DNA of 64,000 bases, taken from assembly GCA_033763315.1 (NCBI GenBank), contig JANRKS010000019.1, positions 352,001 to 416,000 of the forward strand. Direction: 5' to 3'. Each line of letters starts with the position of its first letter. The stretch's first letter is position 1. The notes below the pieces were generated by a model. It was not told the DNA's origin and made no database searches. It worked only from the letters and a program-made list of their open reading frames with translations. The position numbers and the translations under genes were made by a program. This stretch comes from Deltaproteobacteria bacterium (GTDB lineage: Bacteria > Myxococcota_A > Polyangia > Fen-1088). Below, piece after piece: positions 28,523-37,321 of this stretch.

Positions 28523-29314
28523 ATGTCACGTAGAGCGTCTTGGCTTTGGGTTAACGCCGGTGTTTTGGTGTTGGGGCTGGCCGTCTATGGTTGCAGTTCT
28601 GACGACAGCGGATTGGATATGGACGACGCTGGCGACGGCCAAGGTGGCTCGTTGGGCGCGGGACAAGACGGTGGCCTCAACGTGGGAGGTGGCAACGTGC
28701 CTGGCAATGGAGGCAACGGACCTTCGGGAGAAGGCGGAGCCGTGGGCGGCGGCGGAAACAGTCCAGCGCAAGGTGGCGCGAGCGCCCAAGGTGGCAACGG
28801 TGGCGCAGCGGTCCAAGGTGGCAACGGTGGGGCGGCGGCCCAAGGCGGCCGCGGGGGCGCGACGCAATCAAGTTGCAGCGTGGGTTCGATGTGTACGAAC
28901 GCTCAAACATGCATGGGCTCATGCAATGCGAATGGCCAGGCCGGCACGCGTTCCTGTTTGTGTGTCGGCAACGGATATTTCTGCGGCGAATGCGTTCGGA
29001 ACATGCAGGCCGATGCAGGTGTGATGCTTCCCAACGCCTGTCCCGCGAATCCTCAAGGCACGGCGTGCACGCAGAGCAACGGCTTTTGTGCGGTTGGAAC
29101 GGGTGCAATGGCCTCTGTCTGCATCTGCTCGAATGAGAAATTCTTCTGCCCTGGGTTGGCAGCCCCGCAAGGCTCGGCAGCGTGCCCCACGAACCCACAA
29201 GGCAAAAGCTGCCAAGAGCCTGGCAGCGTGTGTTCAGCTTCAGCCACAACGTCGTGTTTGTGCCGCCAAGGCCGCAACAACCAACGCGCTTGGGTCTGCG
29301 GTTTCAATCCATAA
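28523..29314 (+). CDS. Gly-rich, Cys-rich surface lipoprotein
   Basis: GGAGG SD; lipobox VYGC; QGGNGG repeats; three Cys-rich modules. Confidence 0.8.
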   Translation: MSRRASWLWVNAGVLVLGLAVYGCSSDDSGLDMDDAGDGQGGSLGAGQDGGLNVGGGNVPGNGGNGPSGEGGAVGGGGNSPAQGGASAQGGNGGAAVQGGNGGAAAQGGRGGATQSSCSVGSMCTNAQTCMGSCNANGQAGTRSCLCVGNGYFCGECVRNMQADAGVMLPNACPANPQGTACTQSNGFCAVGTGAMASVCICSNEKFFCPGLAAPQGSAACPTNPQGKSCQEPGSVCSASATTSCLCRQGRNNQRAWVCGFNP

Positions 29315-29349
29315 AAGGAAAAAGGGAGCCTAAGCCCCCTTGCTAACGC

Positions 29350-29401
29350 AACGCCAGCGAGCCGTGGGATCGATCCCCCCGCGCCGCTGGCGTTTTCTTT
29401 T
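29350..29401 (+). terminator. Terminator-like hairpin between convergent genes
   Basis: AACGCCAGCG (29350-59) / CGCTGGCGTT (29385-94) followed by TTCTTTT. Confidence 0.5.
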
Positions 29402-29406
29402 GCCCC

Positions 29407-30771
29407 TTACTTCTTTTTCAGGTCGTCCTTCTTGGGCAAGACGCGGTCCACTTGCCATTGCGGCGCAAGCATCACATCCGCAGTGCCCGCCACTTGCACG
29501 TGGTAACTGGCTTTGTCTGCTGTGGCTGATCCGATCTTCAACGCACAACCCGCACCCTTATTCTTGGACTTCACAGTCACAGTGGCGGTGGGCTTATCAA
29601 GACCGGTGGCGGCGGGCGCGTTCGATTCTGCGAAGGCGGTGCCTTTCCAGTCGGCAAAGTAGCCGGCGATGGCAGTGGCTTTCGCTGCATCCAATTCGAT
29701 GCCTGAAAGTTGGCCGAGCTTCCATTGATCGGCGGCGGCACCTTTGGTGAGCGTGAACGGATCTTCTTTGCGTGAAACGGCCACCTCTTGCACGTCGCCC
29801 GCAGGCACGTTGCACAGCAACTTTTCCCGGAAGTCGGCGGGGCGCTTGTTGACCCGTTCAATGTTCCACTTCTTAGCGATGAAAACCTGGTCGGCGCCTT
29901 CGCGCTTCACGTAGAAATCTTCATCGCCTTTTTTGTTGCCGATCAACAGGGTGTGGCTTTTGCCGTCTTTGGTGGCAACCGTGATTGTTAGCTTCGGGCT
30001 GCCGAGGCCGGTCTCTTCGGGCTTGGCCTCGTCGGCAAAATCATTGGCGCGCAGGTTCGCTGCACCGCTGACGATGCCCTCGGGTACGGACTTATCAAGG
30101 TGCGTGATCGGTAGGCTGCTTTCCTTGACCTGCCAACCCTCGTCGCCGCCTGCGCCCGCATCGGCGTCTTTGGTTGCTTTTTCCATGACCACCCGCGATC
30201 CGTCTGCCGCCTTGACCTCAAGCCGGTTCGCGTCGCCTTCGGTGAAGGTGGTGATCGCTTTGTCGCGCCAGCCGGCGGTGTCCTTATCAAACTTGTATTT
30301 GAGTGAGCCTTTGGCCTGCCACACCTCGTCTTTGCCATCCAAACGCACCAGCGTTTGCGCCCCGAGGCTTTTGCCGATGAAAAGGTTGGCGACGGGCTTG
30401 TCAGCCTTTTTCGCCACCACGTGTAAGGCGCCGTCACCCACTTCGAATTCCTTGTGCTTGGCTTTTTGATCGGAGATCACGCTGCCGAACGCCAGCTGCT
30501 CGATTCCCTCGAAGGCCTCCTTGGCAGCTTCCTTATCGGCCGCGTAAGCCACGGGGGCCGCCACCTTATACTCGTCGCCGTTGCGCTTGAGTGTTGTGGC
30601 TTTTCCGGCTTTTGTGATCTCAAGCGTGTCGAAATCAGACGCGCTGAGCTTGGGCACGGGGCGTGGACCATCACCCACGCGTTGCCCCTTCTCCGGTGAT
30701 TTAAGGACTGTGAATGCAACTATGCCCAAGACGGCAAACGCGCCGCCGGCGATCAATGTTTTCTTGTTCAT
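29407..30771 (-). CDS. DUF4340-like membrane-anchored periplasmic protein (three repeats)
   Basis: N-terminal TM; repeated GL-x-x-P / L-x-IG / (W/F)R-(D/E)-K motifs; last gene of the Gld-like ABC operon. Confidence 0.7.
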   Translation of the reverse strand: MNKKTLIAGGAFAVLGIVAFTVLKSPEKGQRVGDGPRPVPKLSASDFDTLEITKAGKATTLKRNGDEYKVAAPVAYAADKEAAKEAFEGIEQLAFGSVISDQKAKHKEFEVGDGALHVVAKKADKPVANLFIGKSLGAQTLVRLDGKDEVWQAKGSLKYKFDKDTAGWRDKAITTFTEGDANRLEVKAADGSRVVMEKATKDADAGAGGDEGWQVKESSLPITHLDKSVPEGIVSGAANLRANDFADEAKPEETGLGSPKLTITVATKDGKSHTLLIGNKKGDEDFYVKREGADQVFIAKKWNIERVNKRPADFREKLLCNVPAGDVQEVAVSRKEDPFTLTKGAAADQWKLGQLSGIELDAAKATAIAGYFADWKGTAFAESNAPAATGLDKPTATVTVKSKNKGAGCALKIGSATADKASYHVQVAGTADVMLAPQWQVDRVLPKKDDLKKK

Positions 30772-30808
30772 CGTAAACCTCGGTCAGGAATGACAGGGAA
30801 GCCGTGGT

Positions 30809-32449
30809 CTAAAGCGCCATCGCGGCGCGCGTCTTGCGGCGGAAGCCCCAGCGCACCAAACCAAACAAACAGAACGCCAAGGGCAAGCCCAGCACGTTCA
30901 ACCAGGTGAGTGTTGCGGGTTGGCTCTCAGATTCGAAGGTCAGCGGTCGCGGCGCCAAGGTCTTGTTGCGCAGCGGTGTCATCGTTTCATCCTCCGCGGC
31001 CCACGAGATGGCGTTGAACATCAAGGCGGCCCCCGTGGCGTAGGATTGCAGCAACGGGTGGCGCGCCAAACCTACGAACTCATCATTCGCAAAGTCTGAG
31101 TCGGCCATGACCACCAAGCGCACCTTCGCTTCTTGTGGTGCCGCCGTTTGGCCCGAGACAGGCGCCGCTGCGCTTGGATCGGGGAAGGCCGTCTTAAGCT
31201 GGCCCGCATACGCATAGCCGAACGCGAAAGGCCCCAGTTCCTTCGAAGGCGTAAAGTCAGTGGTGGGTGTGAGCACGAAGAAGCCCGTGTGTCGCCAAGC
31301 CTCTTTCGTTGAGCCCGCCAACTTCCACAACTTGCCATTGGCAGCCTTGCCATCTTTAAGTGGCCCGACCAAGTCGAGGCTGCTGGGGTAGGGGAGCACC
31401 ACGCCGCGCAGGCCCGATACAATCGACAGATCCTTTTGTTCTTCGACGGCCGACACCACGTAAACGGGTGCGTTCATCAACATCATGCGGCCGTTCATGT
31501 TCACCGGCCCGGGAGTGTTGGATTGCGGCTCGAAAATGAAGTCCTGGTTCACTTTGAAGCCATAGGCCTCAAGCAACTTATCCATGCCGTGGTTGTTGGG
31601 CTGGCCCATCTTGATCTGGCCCATGCCGCCCATCTGCATGCCTTGTTGCCCGGGCGAGGTCATCGCCATGCCGTCGGCCAAGATGATCGCGCCTTTGCCC
31701 TTCATCAGGTACTTGTCGATCTCGCGCAGGGCCTTTTCATCCAACGCCTGCTTGGGGCCGCCCACCACCAGCAGGTCGACGTCGGCGCCGATCTCGGCTT
31801 GCGAGGGGTTCACGGAGGTGAGCTCGTACTCTTTCTCCATGTCTTCTTTGATCGCCTGGAAGCCCTGGCTGGTTTCGGCCTCGCCGTGGCCCGTGGTGAA
31901 TGCGATCTTTCGCTTCTTCTGGGTCATGCGCTTGATGAGCGAGGTGAGCTGGTATTCCAATCCCTCGGAACGCGCCACCTGCGGTATCGATTCGGTCTGG
32001 TCGGCATACTGCAAACACAGACCAAGGTAATAATTGCCCATCTCGAACTTGCCCGAGCGCAGCACCTGGATTTGCAGCTGCTCCACTTTGCAGGCGGTGG
32101 CCTCTTCTTGCAGCTTCTGATCTTGTTTCGGGTCGATGGCCTCCCACTTGAACTTCGACGAGGCGTTGCCGTACTCCGACAAAGTGTCGCGCAAATAGCG
32201 GCCCGCGGCTTTGAGCTCAGGCGGCAGGTCTTCCGAAATGAACGCCTTGACGTTCATATAATCGGGCAGGCCCTTCACCAGGTTCCGCGTTGACTCCGAC
32301 ACTGTGTAAGTCTTGGCAGCGGTGAGATCGGCGCGTGCGAAAAAGCGCGTGCTGATCAAATTCACCAACACCACCGCGCCCACGAAAAACACGGCGTAAA
32401 GCACCGCACTTGAAGCGGAAGCGCGTTTTTTTTGTTTTTGATCGGCCAT
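30809..32449 (-). CDS. GldG-like ABC transporter auxiliary component
   Basis: RADLTAAKTYTVS, LEYQLT, IAFTTGHGE, DSDF; N- and C-terminal TM helices; GGAGG SD before ATG 32449. Confidence 0.85.
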   Translation of the reverse strand: MADQKQKKRASASSAVLYAVFFVGAVVLVNLISTRFFARADLTAAKTYTVSESTRNLVKGLPDYMNVKAFISEDLPPELKAAGRYLRDTLSEYGNASSKFKWEAIDPKQDQKLQEEATACKVEQLQIQVLRSGKFEMGNYYLGLCLQYADQTESIPQVARSEGLEYQLTSLIKRMTQKKRKIAFTTGHGEAETSQGFQAIKEDMEKEYELTSVNPSQAEIGADVDLLVVGGPKQALDEKALREIDKYLMKGKGAIILADGMAMTSPGQQGMQMGGMGQIKMGQPNNHGMDKLLEAYGFKVNQDFIFEPQSNTPGPVNMNGRMMLMNAPVYVVSAVEEQKDLSIVSGLRGVVLPYPSSLDLVGPLKDGKAANGKLWKLAGSTKEAWRHTGFFVLTPTTDFTPSKELGPFAFGYAYAGQLKTAFPDPSAAAPVSGQTAAPQEAKVRLVVMADSDFANDEFVGLARHPLLQSYATGAALMFNAISWAAEDETMTPLRNKTLAPRPLTFESESQPATLTWLNVLGLPLAFCLFGLVRWGFRRKTRAAMAL

Positions 32450-32451
32450 GG

Positions 32452-33162
32452 CTACCTCCACTTCCTTGATTCAAGAGTCACCGAGGCCACCACGAGGCAC
32501 ACGGAGATGATCGAAAGGTAATAAAGCACGTCACGCGTATCGATGACCCCACGGGCCATGCTTTGCATGTGCTCGCCGATGGCCAAGAAGGCCACCAAAG
32601 GCTGCAACGCTTGCGGCACCATTTGCACGATGCTGCCGAAAATAAACAAACCGAACGAGATCCCGAAGGCGAGGATGAACGCCACGATCTGATTGCGCGT
32701 GAATGATGACGCCATCACGCCGATGGCCGCATACGCGCCGCCCATCAACGTGAGCGACACATAGCCCGCAAACGCCGGACCTTTGTCGAGATCGCCCACC
32801 GACGCCACGGTGACGGCGTAGAAACCCGTGACCGCCACGATGATCGCGATCAGGCCGAAGGCGGCGAGGAATTTCCCCACAACAACCTCCCAATCGCGCA
32901 CGGGCATGGTGATGAGCAGCTCTAACGTGCCACTGCCTTTTTCCTCGGCCAGCAAGCGCATGGTGATGGCTGGCACGATGAAACAGAAGAAGATGGGTGT
33001 GAGGCTGAAGTAGCCGCGCATCTCCGCTTGCTTCTCAAGGAACAGGCCCGTGAAGAAGAAGTAGCCGGCCAAGATCATATAGACCGTGGCCACAATGTAA
33101 GCGACGGGACTGTTGAAGTAGGTTCGTATTTCGCGTTTTGTGATTGCCCAGGCAGCCGTCAT
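32452..33162 (-). CDS. GldF-like ABC-2 permease
   Basis: REIRTYFNSPVAY, PAITMRLLAEEKGSGTLELL, RGVIDTRD. Confidence 0.88.
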   Translation of the reverse strand: MTAAWAITKREIRTYFNSPVAYIVATVYMILAGYFFFTGLFLEKQAEMRGYFSLTPIFFCFIVPAITMRLLAEEKGSGTLELLITMPVRDWEVVVGKFLAAFGLIAIIVAVTGFYAVTVASVGDLDKGPAFAGYVSLTLMGGAYAAIGVMASSFTRNQIVAFILAFGISFGLFIFGSIVQMVPQALQPLVAFLAIGEHMQSMARGVIDTRDVLYYLSIISVCLVVASVTLESRKWR

Positions 33163-33201
33163 TGGTTGCTCCTTGGTGGGTGATCGATTGAAAAATTGGG
33201 T

Positions 33202-34155
33202 TTATTTGTCGCCGGTGGTGACGTTGCGGAACACGTCTTCCAAGCTGGCGGCTTCGCGGGTGAGCTCAAGCAGCGTCCAGTGGTTGTCCACGGCTGCTTT
33301 GAACAAGGATTTGCGCAAATCGTCGCTGCTGGCGCCATCGATCTTGAACACGTGTTCGCCGTTGTCGCCTTCGGCTTCCACGCAGCGTTTGACGCCGCCC
33401 AAGGACGAGATGCGCTCCCGGATGGCGCCCTTGGCCACGCCGTTTTGCTCCACCACCACGCGGTAGCGAGCGCCTTTTTCACGCGCCAACAATTCGTCGG
33501 GCGTACCGTCGGCCACCAGTTTGCCGCCGCTGATGATCAAGATGCGGCTGCACGTGGCCTGCACTTCAGGAAGAATGTGCGTGGACAAGATAACGGTTTT
33601 CTCTTGGCCCACTTCCTTGATGAGATCGCGAATCTCAACGATCTGGTTGGGATCCAAGCCGCTCGTGGGTTCATCCAGTACCAAGATGTCGGGATCGTGC
33701 AACATGGCTTGCGCCAAGCCCACGCGTTGGCGGTAACCTTTGGACAACTCGCCCACCAACTTGCCTGCCATGCCACTTAAGCCGCAGCGGCCGCCGATTT
33801 CCTTGATGCGGCGGTCCCGCAGGTTGTGTTCCATGCCGCGCACGTCCGCCACGAACGTGAGGTATTCACGCACGGTCATGTCGCGGTAGATGGGCGTGTC
33901 CTCGGGCAAGTAGCCTATGCGCTTACGCACCTCCAAAGACTCGTCGTAGACATCGTGGCCTGCCACCGTGGCTTTGCCGCCCGTGGGCGCCAAGAAACAG
34001 GTGAGCATTTTCATGGTGGTGCTTTTGCCAGCACCATTGGGGCCCAAGAAACCTAGGACCTCGCCTTTGTGAACATCGAAGGTCACTCCGTTGACGGCAC
34101 GGAAGGCGCCATAGTCCTTCGTGAGGTTCTCAACGTGGATCATCACCTCTGACAT
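33202..34155 (-). CDS. GldA-like ABC ATPase
   Basis: GPNGAGKST, LSKGYRQRVGLAQA, LDEPTSGLDPNQI. Confidence 0.92.
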   Translation of the reverse strand: MSEVMIHVENLTKDYGAFRAVNGVTFDVHKGEVLGFLGPNGAGKSTTMKMLTCFLAPTGGKATVAGHDVYDESLEVRKRIGYLPEDTPIYRDMTVREYLTFVADVRGMEHNLRDRRIKEIGGRCGLSGMAGKLVGELSKGYRQRVGLAQAMLHDPDILVLDEPTSGLDPNQIVEIRDLIKEVGQEKTVILSTHILPEVQATCSRILIISGGKLVADGTPDELLAREKGARYRVVVEQNGVAKGAIRERISSLGGVKRCVEAEGDNGEHVFKIDGASSDDLRKSLFKAAVDNHWTLLELTREAASLEDVFRNVTTGDK

Positions 34156-34277
34156 AGAAACCTCGTCTAGTGTTGACGTTTAAAGCGCCGACGGGCGGCG
34201 TCCGGCCTACAACCGCAGGCCCCGCCAGATTTATTCCCCAGCGAACCCTGATGTGGTCGTAAGACCTTGGAACGTCA

Positions 34278-34306
34278 CAGCTATACCGCTGGCACCCAAG
34301 TGTCAA
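34278..34306 (-). promoter_or_regulatory. Possible sigma70 promoter of the ABC operon
   Basis: Minus-strand TTGACA followed 15-17 nt later by TATAGCTG. Confidence 0.4.
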
Positions 34307-34319
34307 GAGTGCCAGTGGG

Positions 34320-36692
34320 TCACAGGGGCGACAGAGGGGCGGCGGCGCCCGGCGCCCTGCAGTCGGGATCCGTGGCGGCAGACGAACAACCGGTAGGGCA
34401 GCACTGGTCCGCGGTGGGCCCACATTCGAGCACGGGGTCTTGGCTGCAGCGGGCGGTGCAGCGCGCGGGATCACCCTTGAGCGTGGCAGCCGTGCACAGG
34501 TCGGCGTCGGCGGGGCAGGAGGTGGGGCAGCTTGTGGGCGGGTCGCAAGTCTCTTGATCCTCCACGATGCCGTTGCCACACACCGGTGCGCAATCGGCGT
34601 CGGTGCGGATCGAACAGCCCACGGGGCAGCATCCGTCGCCTCCCGCGCAAGCGCGTAAGGACACCTCGGTGCAGCGCCGCGAACAATTCTCAACGCTTCC
34701 GGTGGCGATGTTGCTGCTGCAGCTTTCACTCCAGGCGCACGTAGACGCGCACGCCCCTGGGTTGCCGGCCGTGATGCCCTTGTCACACGCTTCGCCCATC
34801 TCAACAAAACCATTGCCGCACACCACAGGGCAGTCGTTGTCGGTGTTGCTGCTGCAGCCTTTGGGGCAGCAGCCATCGCCGGATGCGCACGCGGTGACAG
34901 GGGACGCGACGCAGGTCGCCTGGCAGTTGTCCGGGCTGCCCACGAGACGCACCGAAGCGCATGCGTTGGGGGCCACACAGGTCTGCGGGCACGCACCCGG
35001 CTGGTCGGCACCGATCGCGCGATCGCACGTTTCGTTCGTCTCCACGATCCCATTGCCGCATACGCTGGCGCAATCGCCGTCCACACTGCGGTTGCCGCCC
35101 GGGGGGCAGCAGCCATCCCCCGACTTGAAAGCGGTGATTGGGCGTTGCAGGCAGCGGTCAAGACACGAGCCCTCCGAATCCCATTGCGGTTCAAAACAGG
35201 CATCGGTGGCCACGCAACTTGTGGGGCAGGCGCCCGGGCCCGAGGTGAGCCCTTTGTCGCACGTTTCTCGGGCATCCAAGACACCGTTGCCGCACGTGGC
35301 AACGCAGTCGAGATCCGTCAGATTCGTGCAGCCAGGCGCGCAGCAGCCATCGGCCGCAGCCATCGAGCAAGCCACCGCCCCCGCGGCTTCGCAGCGTGCG
35401 GAACATGCGTCGGCCGTGCCTTGCAGGCTTTGGGTGATGCAGCCGAACACGGGGCACGCGGTGGGGCACGCGCCGGGCTGGCCGGCGGCGATGGCTTTGT
35501 CGCACGTTTCTTTGCCGTCGATGCGACCATTGCCGCAAGCGTTGGGGCAATCCGGATCGGCTGCGGCGCTCGTGTTTGGCGGGCAACACCCATCGCTTTC
35601 GCCGCTGGGGTTGACCTCGCGGTGCACACATCTGCTTTTGCAGCCCGCGCCCATGAGCACATCAAGGGTGCATGCGTTTTTGTCGTCGCACGACGGCGGG
35701 CAGGCGCCGGCCTTTCCCTGTGCGACGCCCGTGTCGCACAGCTCTCCCGCTTCGACGACGCCATTGCCGCACACCACGGTGCAGTCGCTGTCGCTTTCGG
35801 TTGAAGCGTTCGCCGGACAACAGCCATCACCCGCGATGGCAGCCACGATGGCCTGCCGTGTGCAGCGGGCGGCGCAGGTGTTGGCCGAGATCAGTCGATC
35901 TTTCGTGCAGGCATTGCCGTCATTGCAGACCGTCGCCGTGGGACACGCGCCCGGCTGCCCAAGCGACATCCCCGTGTCACAAACCTCTGGCGCGTCCACC
36001 GCACCGTTGCCACATAGGGCTGAGCAATCCTCGTCCGTCAGGTGTGTGCCATTGGCAGGACAGCAGCCATCGCCCGGCGCGAATGTGACGATCTCCTGGT
36101 GCACGCACTCGACGGTGCACGCGTTGCCCATTTTGACGTCGCGGGTGCACGCGATGCCGTCGTTGCAATCAAGCGGCGGACACGCACCCGGCAAACCGGC
36201 GCCCAGCGCGACATCGCACGTTTCGCCGGGATCCAGTCGGCCATTGCCACAATTCGCCATGTCGGGCGTGGGGCCGCCGTCCCCCGGGGCACCTGCGTCT
36301 GGAAGCGGAGCGCCACATTTGCCCACGCAGTTCAAGAACACCATTTGCTGCACCGTTTTGCCGGCACGCAGCGCAACGCCGTTCATTTCGCCCTGCGCAA
36401 CAGTGCGACCAGCGTTGTCCAAGCCCTGCACTTCGACGTCCACAAGATCGCCAAACGCTTTGTCCACCGAGAACGAAAACGTGGTGGGAAACACCAGCGG
36501 CGCGCCGGTGCCAGGGGCGTAGTCGCGGGTGGCATTTTTGCCACCGCTTTGCACGGCCACGCGCAGGGCGAAGAGTTGCCCTTGCAGCTCGCTGGCGCCC
36601 AGCTTTGCGGTCACGAACACCACTGGCGCATCGTCGTCCCGGCAAGCGCTTGCCAGGGCCAGCAGCGTTATGAATGCGAGGGCGCCCCTCAC
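34320..36692 (-). CDS. Lipoprotein with eight ~80-aa cysteine-rich repeats
   Basis: GTG 36692 overlaps the upstream TGA (GTGA); lipobox LASAC; eight CGNG-x6-E-x-CD ... D-x-CC ... D-x-DC units. Confidence 0.85.
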   Translation of the reverse strand: MRGALAFITLLALASACRDDDAPVVFVTAKLGASELQGQLFALRVAVQSGGKNATRDYAPGTGAPLVFPTTFSFSVDKAFGDLVDVEVQGLDNAGRTVAQGEMNGVALRAGKTVQQMVFLNCVGKCGAPLPDAGAPGDGGPTPDMANCGNGRLDPGETCDVALGAGLPGACPPLDCNDGIACTRDVKMGNACTVECVHQEIVTFAPGDGCCPANGTHLTDEDCSALCGNGAVDAPEVCDTGMSLGQPGACPTATVCNDGNACTKDRLISANTCAARCTRQAIVAAIAGDGCCPANASTESDSDCTVVCGNGVVEAGELCDTGVAQGKAGACPPSCDDKNACTLDVLMGAGCKSRCVHREVNPSGESDGCCPPNTSAAADPDCPNACGNGRIDGKETCDKAIAAGQPGACPTACPVFGCITQSLQGTADACSARCEAAGAVACSMAAADGCCAPGCTNLTDLDCVATCGNGVLDARETCDKGLTSGPGACPTSCVATDACFEPQWDSEGSCLDRCLQRPITAFKSGDGCCPPGGNRSVDGDCASVCGNGIVETNETCDRAIGADQPGACPQTCVAPNACASVRLVGSPDNCQATCVASPVTACASGDGCCPKGCSSNTDNDCPVVCGNGFVEMGEACDKGITAGNPGACASTCAWSESCSSNIATGSVENCSRRCTEVSLRACAGGDGCCPVGCSIRTDADCAPVCGNGIVEDQETCDPPTSCPTSCPADADLCTAATLKGDPARCTARCSQDPVLECGPTADQCCPTGCSSAATDPDCRAPGAAAPLSPL

Positions 36693-37264
36693 TCGAACCT
36701 CATGTGGCCCAACGCGCTTGACGGTGGATCTTGGTTGGTGTCGCGAAGCAGAACATAACTCGTGCCACCCACCAGCACGGCCGCGGCCCCCAGTGCCGTC
36801 CAGAACCACCACTGATGCCACACGGGTTGTGTGTGTGGCTTTGCGGGCGCGTCTGTGAGCAACGCCGGCGCGTCGCTTGTTAGCAGCGCGGAATTCGACG
36901 GCGCGTTTGGGGGCGTGTCGTTCTTCGCCACGAAGTCTTCGACCTCGGCGCGGAAAGGATCTGAAGCCGGCGCTGTTTGGAGAAACCGCTTGAAGAAGTA
37001 GAGCGCCTTGTCGACCTGCTGCAACTGTTCGTAAGATCGCCCGATGTGCAGCAAGAAATCGGCGCGCGCTTCCACTTCGTAAGCCTTACGGAATTCGGAG
37101 ACCGCCTCTTCGAAGCGCTTGAGCTCAAACAGCGCCAAGCCGGTTTCATAGTGGCTGGAGGCCACTTGTGCGCTTGATTGTTTGTTGGCGGGCTCGGCGA
37201 AGGCCAGGGCGCCCGTTAGCATGAACACAAAGCTCAAGCCACAGGCCAAGCGCCCAGCGTTCAT
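36689..37264 (-). CDS. Secreted TPR protein with C-terminal WWFW-TM segment
   Basis: Signal peptide (ALAFA|E); three TPR-like units; PVWHQWWFWT followed by a hydrophobic helix. Confidence 0.8.
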   Translation of the reverse strand: MNAGRLACGLSFVFMLTGALAFAEPANKQSSAQVASSHYETGLALFELKRFEEAVSEFRKAYEVEARADFLLHIGRSYEQLQQVDKALYFFKRFLQTAPASDPFRAEVEDFVAKNDTPPNAPSNSALLTSDAPALLTDAPAKPHTQPVWHQWWFWTALGAAAVLVGGTSYVLLRDTNQDPPSSALGHMRFE

Positions 37265-37321
37265 TCGTATGCGAGGTGCCTTCGTCAATGCCGCCAGTCT
37301 GGCGAGGGTAGGGGGCCCCTG

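Noticed and set aside
34567-36522. 651-aa plus-strand ORF with its own repeats (PLPH, QQPS)
   Set aside because: Antisense mirror of the Cys-repeat gene; the repeats are reverse complements of the CGNG and DGCC codons
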